Source: an uncultured Spirochaetota bacterium
GTDB taxonomy: Bacteria; Spirochaetota; Brevinematia; Brevinematales; JAOACQ01
Assembly (NCBI GenBank): GCA_963768055.1
Contig: CAVYGN010000001.1
Coordinates: 992,001-1,056,000 of the forward strand
DNA length: 64,000 bases
Reading direction: 5' to 3'
The notes under the pieces are model-generated. The model was not told the origin of the DNA, made no database searches, and saw nothing but the letters and a program-made list of their open reading frames with translations. Position numbers and translations under genes: made by a program. Shown here in pieces: positions 32,340-42,761 of the stretch (within the stretch, counting starts at the first letter, position 1; each line of letters begins with the position of its first letter).

Positions 32340-33626
32340 TCAATCTATTTCTTCGACCATCACATCGGATAGCCAGATGTCGCCGTAGGATTTGCCGAGG
32401 TCGAATTCAAACTGTGCGTTTGTATCCGTATGTGCAGTCATCCTGAATGAAAATATATAATTTTTCATAACTTTATCAATAGGGATTCTTTTCGGCACAT
32501 CAAATTCTGTAGTATTCGGACTTCCCCAATATGTTTGGTTCGGGTCCCTACCAGCAAATTGTCTATGGATCTTCGCATAAATATCCTCTGTATCGGAGGC
32601 CCTCGCCTTAAAAGAAATCCTGTAACGCTTACCGGTCTCGATATTTAAAAAAGAGGTGTTTAATACATGGTCCCACCAATTCCCGCTACCCCTGTATTTG
32701 AATTTAATATGGCACTCTCCGTTTTCAAGCGTTAACATCAGGCCGGAGGACTGCCGCCATGTTTTATTGCTGAAAAAAGTATTTCTATCGAATTCAGCGT
32801 TCTTTATAAGATTCACCCTGTAATTCGTGGCGCTGAAGTTCGCCGATTCCCCGGGCTTTAAATTCACAACTGCGCCTGCGAGCAGCCTGCCGTCGAAGAA
32901 CCGCCTGATCGCGACCTTGTAGCCCGTTCCCGATATTATCTTCATGTTGAGATGGAAATCGTTGGAAACAGGCTCGGCTACAAGCCTGTGGTTGATAAAT
33001 ATCCCGATCTCCTCTTTTCCCGTGTCGAAATTGCCGAAGTTCAGGTACGCTATCTTCATTTCCTCGTTAAGCATCGCCCTGACCATCTTCGACAGCATCG
33101 TGTCGACGGCGTCGAAAAGGTCCTCGTCCGTAGGCGTGGTGAGGCTGTTCGTCATTATCGATCCCGTGAATTTATTCCATATCTTGAGATTCACTGCCGC
33201 GTCGGGTTTCGATTTCGGCCCTGTAAGTCTGTAATCCCCGAAAACGATAAAATCGCACTGGTTCTGTTTTCCAATGTCCGAAACGCTGTCCTCCAGGGGA
33301 TTCATATTTAAAAGCACGCTTTTATCCGGAAGGTCGATAGACGGGAGGACCGAGAAAAGATTGTAGAACGAGGAGAAAAATATGGTCCTGTAGATCTCGG
33401 GATTGGGGTAAGCCCCTTCCTTCGATCTGTTTTCAAACGGGGTAATAAGGATCTTATGCTTGACAACGGCCTCCGCCTCGGTTTCCTGCTTTTCGAGGAA
33501 AGAGGCGTTGACGTTAGTGTCGGACCCCTTTTCCTGGTTCTCTTTTGTCAGCGCGGTCTGTTCGGCGCAGGATGAAAGCATGATGCTCAATAGGAAGGAA
33601 AAAACCAAAAGAAATATGGATTTCAT
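32340..33626 (-). CDS. Lipoprotein with C-terminal carbohydrate-binding (CBM4/9-like) domain
   Basis: Lipobox LSSC. C-terminal NLIKNAEF...IETGKRYRISFKARAS...FEFDLG...IWLSDVMVEEI. Confidence 0.75.
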   Translation of the reverse strand: MKSIFLLVFSFLLSIMLSSCAEQTALTKENQEKGSDTNVNASFLEKQETEAEAVVKHKILITPFENRSKEGAYPNPEIYRTIFFSSFYNLFSVLPSIDLPDKSVLLNMNPLEDSVSDIGKQNQCDFIVFGDYRLTGPKSKPDAAVNLKIWNKFTGSIMTNSLTTPTDEDLFDAVDTMLSKMVRAMLNEEMKIAYLNFGNFDTGKEEIGIFINHRLVAEPVSNDFHLNMKIISGTGYKVAIRRFFDGRLLAGAVVNLKPGESANFSATNYRVNLIKNAEFDRNTFFSNKTWRQSSGLMLTLENGECHIKFKYRGSGNWWDHVLNTSFLNIETGKRYRISFKARASDTEDIYAKIHRQFAGRDPNQTYWGSPNTTEFDVPKRIPIDKVMKNYIFSFRMTAHTDTNAQFEFDLGKSYGDIWLSDVMVEEID

Positions 33627-33800
33627 ATAAAATGCCCCCTTATAATACATTGCGATCCTTCAATTTTGCAATAAATGATTGAACAAATATTAAACGGAAG
33701 AGAAAAAAATATCAAGCCGGATTGTTAAATTAAGCCGGAAAAATTGAGATAAGGGGGATTATCCATTAGAATATTGGGGTTTGAATATTAGAGAGGGCTT

Positions 33801-35513
33801 ATGAATGATAAAGACAACCCGGTTAAAACCGGCGTAAATTTTATCCATGCAGTTATCAACGATGATATCGAAAGCGGTAAGTATAAAGGTATGGTCCATA
33901 CCCGTTTTCCCCCCGAACCTAACGGCTATCTCCATATAGGACATGCCAAATCGATCTGCCTGAATTTCGGGACCGCCGAAAAGTACGGCGGCTTATGCAA
34001 TCTGCGTTTCGACGATACAAACCCCTCTAAAGAGGAAACAGAGTATGTGGATTCAATAATGCAGGACGTCAGGTGGCTCGGTTTCGACTGGGAGGACAGG
34101 CTGTTCTATGCCTCGGATTATTATGGCAAGCTTTATGAATACGCCTTAAAGTTGATCAAGAATGGAAAAGCCTATGTCTGCGATCTTACCGCAGATGAGG
34201 TTAGGAAATACCGGGGCACTTTGAAGGAACCCGGCGCCGACAGCCCTTACCGGAATAGAAGCATCGAAGAAAACCTCGATCTTTTCGACCGGATGAAAAG
34301 GGGTGAATTTCCCGACGGATTCAGGACACTGCGCGCAAGGATAGATATGTCGTCTCCCAATCTGAATATGAGGGACCCTGTTATCTACCGGATACTCAGG
34401 AGCGCCCATCACCGCACAGGGGACGAGTGGTGCATATACCCGATGTACGATTATGCCCATCCGATATCGGACGCTCTCGAAGGGATAACCCATTCTATCT
34501 GCACCCTGGAGTTCGAAGACCACCGCCCTCTTTACGACTGGGTCCTGGTCTCACTGAATTTCGACCCGAGGCCCCAGCAGATCGAGTTTGCCAGGCTCGA
34601 CCTTACATATACGGTTATGAGTAAGAGGAAACTGCTTGAGCTTGTAAGGGGCGGTTTTGTCAGCGGGTGGGACGATCCCAGGATGCCGACATTATCCGGG
34701 CTCAGGAGGCGGGGTTACACGCCTTCAGCAATCCGCGACTTCTGTGAACGCATCGGTGTGGCAAAAGCCAACAGCGTTGTCGATTTTTCCCTCCTTGAAC
34801 ATTGCCTGAGGGAGGATCTCAATAAGAAGGCTCCGAGAAGGATGGCGGTACTTAACCCTCTCCGTGTAGTCATTGATAATTATCCCGAAGGGCTTGTCGA
34901 GGAATTCGAAGCGGAGAACAATCCGGAGGACGATTCTGCCGGCAAGAGGATAATTCCCTTTTCAAGGGTATTATATATAGAAAAGGAAGATTTCCGCGAG
35001 GACCCGCCCAGGGACTTTTTCAGGCTGGCGCCGGGCAGGGAGATCAGGCTTAAGCATGCTTATTATATCAAATGCCTGAGCGTAATTAAAGATAAAAAGA
35101 CAGGGGAACCGTCCGAACTTCATTGCACTTACGATCCGGGTTCGAAAGGGGGATGGTCTTCCGACGGCAGGAAGGTTATGGGGACTTCGCACTGGGTGTC
35201 GGCCAGGCATGCCGTGGATATCGAGGTGCGTATTTACGATCATTTGTTTACAAAGGAGAACCCCGGCGAGGAAAAAGAAGGGCATGACTACAAGGATTAT
35301 ATAAATCCCGATTCCCTTAAAATATTTAAAGAGTGCAAGGGCGAACCCTCGTTAGGGGGAGTCAAACCAGGTGAAATCCTTCAATTCCTGAGACAGGGAT
35401 ATTTCTGTGCCGATCCTGATTCATCAAATGGAAAACCCTGTTTTAACAGGACCGTATCACTTAACGATCCCTGGGCTAAAAAGCAGAAAAAGGGTCCCTT
35501 ATTGAGTGCTTGA
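33801..35513 (+). CDS. glnS: Glutamine--tRNA ligase
   Basis: [40 protein letters not shown]. Confidence 0.97.
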   Translation: MNDKDNPVKTGVNFIHAVINDDIESGKYKGMVHTRFPPEPNGYLHIGHAKSICLNFGTAEKYGGLCNLRFDDTNPSKEETEYVDSIMQDVRWLGFDWEDRLFYASDYYGKLYEYALKLIKNGKAYVCDLTADEVRKYRGTLKEPGADSPYRNRSIEENLDLFDRMKRGEFPDGFRTLRARIDMSSPNLNMRDPVIYRILRSAHHRTGDEWCIYPMYDYAHPISDALEGITHSICTLEFEDHRPLYDWVLVSLNFDPRPQQIEFARLDLTYTVMSKRKLLELVRGGFVSGWDDPRMPTLSGLRRRGYTPSAIRDFCERIGVAKANSVVDFSLLEHCLREDLNKKAPRRMAVLNPLRVVIDNYPEGLVEEFEAENNPEDDSAGKRIIPFSRVLYIEKEDFREDPPRDFFRLAPGREIRLKHAYYIKCLSVIKDKKTGEPSELHCTYDPGSKGGWSSDGRKVMGTSHWVSARHAVDIEVRIYDHLFTKENPGEEKEGHDYKDYINPDSLKIFKECKGEPSLGGVKPGEILQFLRQGYFCADPDSSNGKPCFNRTVSLNDPWAKKQKKGPLLSA

Positions 35514-35518
35514 TCGAT

Positions 35519-36496
35519 TCAATCTCCTTTTCCGGCGGGCTTATTGCCGATTACAGCCTGTAAAATCTTGAATTTATCGATCAGTGCAAATATAACAAGG
35601 ATTGCCAATGAGGCCAGCAATACCATTACAGTCATGATCAGGTAGTATTTGACCGACCATTCGAAGGAGATTTTGATAAGTTTGATCAGTGAAAAACTCT
35701 CCCTGTAATTGTTTTCATAAAGGGTTATTTTTACAGTACAGAGTTCGTTTTCTTCAGAATATTGCCCGAGAGTCACCCCCAATTCCTGGAGCTGTTTTTC
35801 GATTTCCTGTATTTTATATTCCAGGTCGATCTCCTCCGACAATTTTCCTCCCTTGGACCTGAGTAAAATAAGGGAATCGCGCATATTTTCCAGGGATTTT
35901 CTCTGCGCGTTTATATCCTTGTATTCGCTGGTTTTATCTGTTTTATTGATTTCGATCGATTTAAGGTTCCCGATCTTTTTTACCTCTTCGAGCATCGCAT
36001 CGAAATTATCGGGGGGCACTCCGATGGATATGTTAAGAAACCGGGAACCCTTTAATCCTGTATTGTTTTCGAATTGTATGACCGAATTGAATTTTTTTAT
36101 AGTGTCGCGGAGGTCTTTGTCCGACTTTTCGAAATCCTTGGTTTCATTTACAAGCGAAGCAACCTTTTCATATTTCTGATCGACGTTTATAAATTGCGGC
36201 TGTAATCCTGCTACTGCCGACTCTTTCTGTATCTTCCTTTTATAACTGGCGAAATTACTCTTGAGATAAGAGTTCTGGCGGACCTGGGGTTCTTCGGTAT
36301 TAACAGCGGTATTAAGGTTCTGTCCTTGATTCTGGGGTACATACTCCTGGCCCCAGTATCCCGACTGGCTATAATAATTCGAATTATAAACCGATACTCC
36401 CTCTTTCATCGAAAGGCCGTAAAGAATGCGGAGAACCAGAAATAGAACGAAAGCGAGAGCATAAAACAGGATTCCGATCGGTATTCTTTTTTTCAT
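35519..36496 (-). CDS. DUF4349-family membrane protein
   Basis: ISIGVPPDNFD...DKTSEYKDI...coiled coil...TVKITLYE and a C-terminal TM. Confidence 0.75.
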   Translation of the reverse strand: MKKRIPIGILFYALAFVLFLVLRILYGLSMKEGVSVYNSNYYSQSGYWGQEYVPQNQGQNLNTAVNTEEPQVRQNSYLKSNFASYKRKIQKESAVAGLQPQFINVDQKYEKVASLVNETKDFEKSDKDLRDTIKKFNSVIQFENNTGLKGSRFLNISIGVPPDNFDAMLEEVKKIGNLKSIEINKTDKTSEYKDINAQRKSLENMRDSLILLRSKGGKLSEEIDLEYKIQEIEKQLQELGVTLGQYSEENELCTVKITLYENNYRESFSLIKLIKISFEWSVKYYLIMTVMVLLASLAILVIFALIDKFKILQAVIGNKPAGKGD

Positions 36497-36900
36497 AAAA
36501 TGCTCCCCGGTTTGAAAAGTTTAATAGCTTCTTCGTTAAGAAGCGTCCATATACTGTATACTCCGAGGGCTGTACCGACGGGTACATGCAGTAAATTAAA
36601 AAAAGAAATGATAAGGACAAGGATCCTTCCCCATTCCCTTTTTTCTAGCAGGCCTATGCTTCCAGTAATACCTGTTATTGCGAAAATCAAAACAATTGCC
36701 GCTATGGAAGCCATGACGATGGAGACTATATCCATTAATTCCCGGGGGATTTTATCAGGGTCTAAAACGCCGATCTTAACACAATATGAAACGATGTGAG
36801 GGAATAAGGCGGAAATAATTATCAGGATCAGCCCGCCGCAAAAAAAGATCGATGAGTAAACGATATTCAGGATCCCCGTAAGTCTGATATGATTTTCCAT
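36493..36900 (-). CDS. Hypothetical membrane protein
   Basis: GLLEKREWGRIL...NLLHVPVGTALGVYSIWTL. Confidence 0.8.
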   Translation of the reverse strand: MENHIRLTGILNIVYSSIFFCGGLILIIISALFPHIVSYCVKIGVLDPDKIPRELMDIVSIVMASIAAIVLIFAITGITGSIGLLEKREWGRILVLIISFFNLLHVPVGTALGVYSIWTLLNEEAIKLFKPGSIL

Positions 36901-37002
36901 ATGAAACTCCCGTTTTTAATATAATAACAGTAAGCCAATTTTAAAATATTTTCAAGTCGGGAGGCTAAGATAATTATCTCTTAAAAATTTTTTTTAAATC
37001 TA

Positions 37003-37050
37003 TTGACAAAGTGAACAAATAGTAATACACTATATTTAGTAATACTAAAT
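37003..37050 (+). promoter_or_regulatory. Sigma-70 promoter with adjacent palindromic operator (probable PadR autoregulation)
   Basis: TTGACA-N17-TACACT (37003-37031), followed by ATTTAGTA-A-TACTAAAT (37034-37050). Confidence 0.7.
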
Positions 37051-37073
37051 ACCTTGCAAAAAAGGGTATATTA

Positions 37074-37436
37074 ATGAGTGAAACAAATATTCAACTTAAA
37101 AAGGGTGTTATAGAGATATTGATCTTAAAACTTTTAAGCCGGGAGAAAATGTACGGTTACCAGCTTATGCAGGAACTCGATATTAAAAGCCGCGGTTTTT
37201 TTAAAATGAAGGAGGGGACGCTTTACCCGGTTTTATATCGCCTGGAGGACGGAGGGTTTATTACGAGTCTATGGGAAGAACCGGACCGCAGCAGTGTTGA
37301 AAAACGATCGGTGCCCAGGAAATACTACCGGATCACTAAAGAAGGACTTGTCGAACTTAACAAACTGATATCGGATCTAGAACAATTATTTAGCGGAATT
37401 AACCTCATTCTGAAGGAGGGACCTGAAAATGGATGA
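37074..37436 (+). CDS. PadR family transcriptional regulator
   Basis: MYGYQL, EGTLYPVLYRLE..G.I, RKYYRIT..G. Confidence 0.95.
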   Translation: MSETNIQLKKGVIEILILKLLSREKMYGYQLMQELDIKSRGFFKMKEGTLYPVLYRLEDGGFITSLWEEPDRSSVEKRSVPRKYYRITKEGLVELNKLISDLEQLFSGINLILKEGPENG

Positions 37437-38211
37437 CAGGATCGAAAGTTACATTAACCGCGTTATCGATGGGATAGTAGTCGGCGATAAGCTTAAAAAG
37501 CGGATCGCACAGGACTTGCGTTCGCATATCACGGATGCTTCGATAAATCAGAACATTGATGATGTGCTCGGCAGGATGGGGGATCCGGCAAGGGTTTCCG
37601 CCGAGTTTATGGATTCCGTCTATGAAAATAAAAGCGAAGTGATAAAACGCCTGGTCCGGGAGCGTCTCAGGGTAAGCCGGCTGCTTACAGATTATTTTGA
37701 ATACAGCAGCAAAATCTCTTTTTTTGGGCTTCCGTTACTTCATATTAAGTTTCGGAGGCACCTTAACGCAAAACCCGCCACGGCCAGAGGGATCGTTGCC
37801 ATTGGAAACCGGGCTATTGGAGCGGTGGCGGTTGGAAGGTTTTGCTTCGGCGGTTTATGTTTCGGCATGTTTCCGGTCGGTTTGGTCGCCTTCGGATCTT
37901 TCAGCAGCGGAGTAATTGCATTCGGCGGTTTCGCATTAGGGATATGTGCACTGGGCGGTATAACCCTCGGAATACTGGCCGTCGGCGGTTTTGCTTTCGG
38001 CCTCAGCGCATTCGGCGGTTTTGCCTTCGGCTTAATTTCAGGAGGGGGGTTTGCAAGGGGAGTGGTCGCCATGGGGGGGCACACTATGGGGCAATATATA
38101 GGAAATCCGGGTTCATCAAATGAAATCAAGGCGCTTATCCGGCTGGCATACCCCCATATCAGCGGTTGGATCCTCGATATTATTGTTTTCTTCAAATTTC
38201 TTTATATATGA
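37429..38211 (+). CDS. PadR-associated membrane protein with glycine-rich repeats
   Basis: Helical N-terminus (YI..V...DL.SHI...MGDP..V..EF). ARGIVAIG followed by many GxxAxG repeats. Confidence 0.8.
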   Translation: MDDRIESYINRVIDGIVVGDKLKKRIAQDLRSHITDASINQNIDDVLGRMGDPARVSAEFMDSVYENKSEVIKRLVRERLRVSRLLTDYFEYSSKISFFGLPLLHIKFRRHLNAKPATARGIVAIGNRAIGAVAVGRFCFGGLCFGMFPVGLVAFGSFSSGVIAFGGFALGICALGGITLGILAVGGFAFGLSAFGGFAFGLISGGGFARGVVAMGGHTMGQYIGNPGSSNEIKALIRLAYPHISGWILDIIVFFKFLYI

Positions 38212-38237
38212 ATTTGTTTACTGGGAGGTAACTCAAT

Positions 38238-39137
38238 ATGACAATGGTAGAATCGGATCATATAGTCAAGAGCTTTTCCGGGAAGACGGCTGTAAACGAT
38301 CTTTCCTTTACTATTGCAGAAGGTGAAATATTTGGCCTTATCGGTCCTAACGGAGCAGGTAAAAGCACTACCATCAAGCTGATACTCGATTTCATCAAAC
38401 CCGATTCAGGCAGCATTAAAATGCTCGGTGGCAATACATTCAATGAAAATATGAAAAATCAAATCGGCTATCTGCCTGAAGAGAGAGGGCTTTACAAAAA
38501 ATTGCCGGCGATCGATCTTATAATTTACCTCGCCTCCCTTAAAGGTATGGACAGGCGCAAGGCAGAGAAAAAGGCGGACGAACTTCTCCGGCAAACCGGG
38601 ATGCTGTCAAATAAAAAAATGAAAATCGGGGAAATGAGCAAGGGCATGGGTCAGATTATACAATTGATCGTCACTATTATCCATGACCCGAATTTGATTA
38701 TTCTGGACGAACCTTTCTCAGGCCTTGACCCTGTAAATACCGATCTTTTGAAGAGATTGCTCATAGGCTTAAGGGATCGGGGCAAGGCCATTATCCTGAG
38801 CACGCACCGGATGAATGACGTTGAGGAGCTCTGCGACCGTGTACTTATGATAAATAACGGATGCGCCGTTCTGTACGGAGATCTTAAAGAAATCAAATCG
38901 GGATATGGAAACCATTCGGTTCTTGTGGATATTGAGGGTGAAACCGGGGAATTGCCGGGGGTAATAGAGAAAAGGCAGCATAAAGGCTTTGTTGAATTGG
39001 TACTGGATAAGGATACTACACCCCGTCATATTCTTGAAAAACTGTTCAAAAGCGGAATAACTGTAAACCGCTTTGAGTCGGCTGCTCTTTCTTTAAATGA
39101 TATATTCTTGAAAAAGGTGGGAAAATATGATCAATAA
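38238..39137 (+). CDS. ABC transporter ATP-binding protein (NatA-like)
   Basis: GPNGAGKST, IGYLPEERGLY, MSKGMGQ, ILDEPFSGLDPVN, STHRM. Confidence 0.92.
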   Translation: MTMVESDHIVKSFSGKTAVNDLSFTIAEGEIFGLIGPNGAGKSTTIKLILDFIKPDSGSIKMLGGNTFNENMKNQIGYLPEERGLYKKLPAIDLIIYLASLKGMDRRKAEKKADELLRQTGMLSNKKMKIGEMSKGMGQIIQLIVTIIHDPNLIILDEPFSGLDPVNTDLLKRLLIGLRDRGKAIILSTHRMNDVEELCDRVLMINNGCAVLYGDLKEIKSGYGNHSVLVDIEGETGELPGVIEKRQHKGFVELVLDKDTTPRHILEKLFKSGITVNRFESAALSLNDIFLKKVGKYDQ

Positions 39138-40347
39138 GACATATTTGATTTTTAAACATGAATTCCTGTACACGATAAAAAGAACCGGGTTTATAATTAT
39201 GACCCTTTTTGTGCCTTTAATAGCGCTTCTGTTTATTGGGATCGGACGTCTCGAATCAACCTATAACAATCCGCCGGTAATGGAAATAAAAACCATCGGA
39301 TATATTGATGAGGCGGGTAAATTTGACCGTTATAATACTCAGGAACATCTGAAGCTGATTCGTTTTAATACCGCGGAAGACGCCATGCAAGCCCTCATCA
39401 GAAAAAATGTTTCGGAATATTTTGTGATTCCCGCGGATTATACTTTGGGCGGGACGATTCATCGATATACTCTTGAGAAAGAGGTGGATACGCCCCCTGT
39501 CGTGAAAGAAGCTATTAAAAATTTTCTCACCGGCAATCTCCTTTCCGGCAAAGTGCCTTCAGGCATAATAGCGCTGATAGAGTCCCCCTTGAACCTTAAG
39601 GTTACACGGCTTACTAAAACAGGGTCTGTTGCCATTGAACAAAGCGGATTCGGAAATCTTATCATTCCCGGAGTTTTCAGCTTTCTTCTGGCCTTCTCCC
39701 TAATGTTCTTTTCGAGCTATTTGATCCATGGGCTGGGCGAAGAAAAGGAGAGCCGTTTGATCGAGGTATTGTTATCGTCTGTTTCCATCCGGCAGTTACT
39801 TATCGGCAAGGTTTTGGCATTGGGTGCAGCCGGGCTTTTGCAGGTTTTAATCTGGCTGATTTCTGCGCCCCTATTATTAAACCTGGCCTTATCCTCTTTC
39901 AGTGTCCTTATCGGCGGTATGCAGATTCCGGCCAATTTCCTTATCCTGGGAACAGTCTATTTTATCCTGGGATATTTATTGTTTGCGGTGATTTCTTTAG
40001 GAATCGGCGCAGTCAGTCCGAATACGCGGGTAGGGCAGCAGTTGTCATTGATTTATACGCTTTTAGGCTATGCGCCCCTCTGGTTCTTATCATTACTGAT
40101 ATTCTTTCCGAAAAGCCCTGTCTGGGTTTTCCTGACAATATTCCCGGTCACGGCTCCAGTTCAGACTATGTTAAGGCTGGGCGTAACGGATATTCCTCCA
40201 TGGGAACTGGCGGCCAGTATAGCGGTGATGGTACTTTCAATATTCGGGTGCCTGCTTCTGTCTATCAAGGTTTTCAGGGTTAATTTACTTATGTACGGGA
40301 AAAAGCCGGTTTTTGGAGAAATTATTCACAACATAAGAAAGGGATAA
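39127..40347 (+). CDS. ABC-2 transporter permease (NatB-like)
   Basis: EEKESRLIEVLLSSV...LLIGKVL; YFILGYLLF. Confidence 0.9.
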   Translation: MINKTYLIFKHEFLYTIKRTGFIIMTLFVPLIALLFIGIGRLESTYNNPPVMEIKTIGYIDEAGKFDRYNTQEHLKLIRFNTAEDAMQALIRKNVSEYFVIPADYTLGGTIHRYTLEKEVDTPPVVKEAIKNFLTGNLLSGKVPSGIIALIESPLNLKVTRLTKTGSVAIEQSGFGNLIIPGVFSFLLAFSLMFFSSYLIHGLGEEKESRLIEVLLSSVSIRQLLIGKVLALGAAGLLQVLIWLISAPLLLNLALSSFSVLIGGMQIPANFLILGTVYFILGYLLFAVISLGIGAVSPNTRVGQQLSLIYTLLGYAPLWFLSLLIFFPKSPVWVFLTIFPVTAPVQTMLRLGVTDIPPWELAASIAVMVLSIFGCLLLSIKVFRVNLLMYGKKPVFGEIIHNIRKG

Positions 40348-40400
40348 GTTCTTTTCCCGGATTTTGCCGCATATCCTTCAGGAAACCGAAGGAGAAAATT

Positions 40401-40750
40401 ATGGGCTTACTCTTTAAAATAAGTTTCAGGATCCGGCCATAACCGTCGGAATGATGATACTTGTAGCGACAAGTTCGTTCATAAAGGGCCTGACAGACGT
40501 CATATTAAATAAGCTGCTGGTATATTCATACGGCCATGTCTCGATCAACGGCTACGAGAACGGAAGTCTCCAGAATTCGGTAATAAGGGACAGGGACAGG
40601 ATCGTAAAAATAATCAAGAGCGTGAAGGGTGTTTATGCGGTTAACGATTACCTTTACGTTTACACAAGGGTCGTCGGCAAAGGCAAATCGGGAATGCTTA
40701 CGCTTTTCGGCATGTTTCAGATCTTCAACAAGATATATTTGAAAACTTGA
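40401..40750 (+). pseudogene. Truncated, frameshifted FtsX/LolC-type ABC permease
   Basis: RBS aaggag and ATG 40401 give MGLLFKISFR, then a stop. A shifted frame continues AITVGMMILVATSSFIKGL...YSYGHVSI and ends after about 100 aa. Confidence 0.65.
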
Positions 40751-40790
40751 GCAAGTGATCATACCTTTCTTCTTCTTAAACCTGAAGCTC

Positions 40791-40818
40791 TTGACAGAAA
40801 TATTATTTGTGATACAAT
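40791..40818 (+). promoter_or_regulatory. Sigma-70-type promoter of the kinase pair
   Basis: TTGACA-N16-TACAAT with an extended -10 TG. Confidence 0.55.
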
Positions 40819-40898
40819 ATAAAATCAATTCGAACAATAAATACTTAACCATATCTAAGTAAAAAATTAATAATCAAACTATCTTGCGGAGCTTATAG

Positions 40899-42752
40899 TT
40901 GAATCTGTTATCGTTATGTCATACAACGGCGTTATTTGTTAGCTTATGGCTAATTTATTTAATTCTTTTTAAAAACTCAAAAGCCCTGTCAAACTGGGTT
41001 TGTGCATTGTTTATTCTATGCATAGCGGTCTGGAATTTCACTTTTATATTCCTCCAGGGTCCCTCGTCGCATGATACAGCCATGTTCTGGTTGAATATTT
41101 CCGTTATCGGCTGGGGTTCTATTGGCGTTTTATCGCTATGGCTCGGCCTTGTATTATCTAAATGGGATAAAATATTAGAAAAATGGTATTTTTATCTTAT
41201 CATATTTTCAATTCCGATCTTTTTTATATATAAGCAATGGACAGGATACCTTGTCCATGATATCATAAGACAACCCTACGGCTGGTCGCCTTTATGGTCA
41301 GAGTCGATCTGGACCCGGATTTTTTATGCTTATTTATCTTTAATTCCAATAATTACTTTCTTTTTCGGCTATAATGCTATAAAAAAAAGAAATTTGCAGT
41401 TTGAGAAGAAAAGGATTAAATTAACTATTACTTCGGGTTTCATCTTTTTTATTTTTATATCGCTTACAGACATTGTTCTTCCGGGACTTGGCATCTATGG
41501 CATTCCCCCTGTCGGTGCTCTCACAGCGCTTATTATGGCTAGTATAATTATCTACGGAATAAAAAAATATAGATTGATGACCATCACTCCCGCATATGCG
41601 GCCTCCGATATCCTTGCCACAATGAGCGATTCATTGATCCTCATCAGTCCTGACGGCAGCATCATTGAAGTTAACAACGCGGCATTGGACCTTCTTGGTT
41701 ACAAGAGAGAAGAGATTATCGGCAGCCCGGCTACGATATTGTTCCCCGAGGAAATCGTAAAATTTCAGGATAAAAGCGATTTGTCCGACAGACAACAATT
41801 TTTTTTACTTACAAAACAAAGAGAGGAAATACCCGTCAGTTTTTCAGCCTCGACCATGAAAGATAAAACGGGTGAATTATTAGGCATAGTCTATGTAGCC
41901 AGGGATATGCGCGAGATCCTGATGCTTCAGAAAAAGGAGAAGGAGCTTAAAGCCGAAAAAGCATGGACTGAAGCATTGCAGGAAAAAGCCCTGGATTTAC
42001 AGGAAGCGTATGACAAGCTAAGAGAAACTCAAACCCAACTGGTTCATTCGGAGAAGATGGCTGCCGTGGGACAGCTAGCCGGCGGCGTCGCACATGAGAT
42101 CAATAATCCGTTGGGAGTTATACTGGGATTCGCCCAGAGCTTAGTGAAGAGGATAAAAGAGGACGACTACCTTTATAAACCTCTAAAATCGATTGAGCGC
42201 GAAGCTTTGAGGTGCAGGTGGCTTGTGGGCGATTTACTTACATTCTCGAGGGTTGAAAAGACAATGTCTGAAGAAATTGATATTAACCAGGCCATTGACG
42301 AGACATTATCTTTTATAGAGGCGCGTGCAAAGATACAAAACATTACGATCTTCAAGGAATACGGAAAGGGGTTGCCCCGGATATTTGCAAATAAAAATCA
42401 GATACAGCAGGTCGTTGTAAATCTATGCAATAACGCTATCGATGCGATGTCGGATGGAGGGAACTTAAGGCTTTTAACCAGAGAGGAAGGCGATTGCATA
42501 TCGGTTGCTGTTTCGGACACCGGAAAGGGGATTTCCGAAGAAGTAAAGAAACACCTTTTTGAGCCCTTTTTTACCACAAAAGAAATTGGCAAAGGAACCG
42601 GCCTTGGGCTGAGCTTATGTTACGAGATCATTCGAAACCACAACGGTGCAATCGAAGTTAAAAGCGAGATGAATAACGGAACCGTATTCACCATAAAATT
42701 TCCGGCAGGTAGAACCGATAACGATGTGAAACTTTCAGGTTCAGGGAAATAG
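40899..42752 (+). CDS. 7TM-PAS sensor histidine kinase
   Basis: TM region, PAS, AGGVAHEINNPL, N-box NLCNNAIDA, G1 DTGKGI, F/G2 FEPFFTTKEIGKGTGLGLS. Confidence 0.93.
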   Translation: MNLLSLCHTTALFVSLWLIYLILFKNSKALSNWVCALFILCIAVWNFTFIFLQGPSSHDTAMFWLNISVIGWGSIGVLSLWLGLVLSKWDKILEKWYFYLIIFSIPIFFIYKQWTGYLVHDIIRQPYGWSPLWSESIWTRIFYAYLSLIPIITFFFGYNAIKKRNLQFEKKRIKLTITSGFIFFIFISLTDIVLPGLGIYGIPPVGALTALIMASIIIYGIKKYRLMTITPAYAASDILATMSDSLILISPDGSIIEVNNAALDLLGYKREEIIGSPATILFPEEIVKFQDKSDLSDRQQFFLLTKQREEIPVSFSASTMKDKTGELLGIVYVARDMREILMLQKKEKELKAEKAWTEALQEKALDLQEAYDKLRETQTQLVHSEKMAAVGQLAGGVAHEINNPLGVILGFAQSLVKRIKEDDYLYKPLKSIEREALRCRWLVGDLLTFSRVEKTMSEEIDINQAIDETLSFIEARAKIQNITIFKEYGKGLPRIFANKNQIQQVVVNLCNNAIDAMSDGGNLRLLTREEGDCISVAVSDTGKGISEEVKKHLFEPFFTTKEIGKGTGLGLSLCYEIIRNHNGAIEVKSEMNNGTVFTIKFPAGRTDNDVKLSGSGK

Positions 42753-42761
42753 TAATTTGAT

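Noticed and set aside
32340..32800. Possible diversity-generating retroelement target at the lipoprotein C-terminus
   Set aside because: No template repeat or reverse transcriptase is visible in the window.
37840..38035. Recurring tcggcggttt units as a possible CRISPR or DNA repeat array
   Set aside because: They are in-frame codons of the Gly-rich protein repeat, with no spacer structure.
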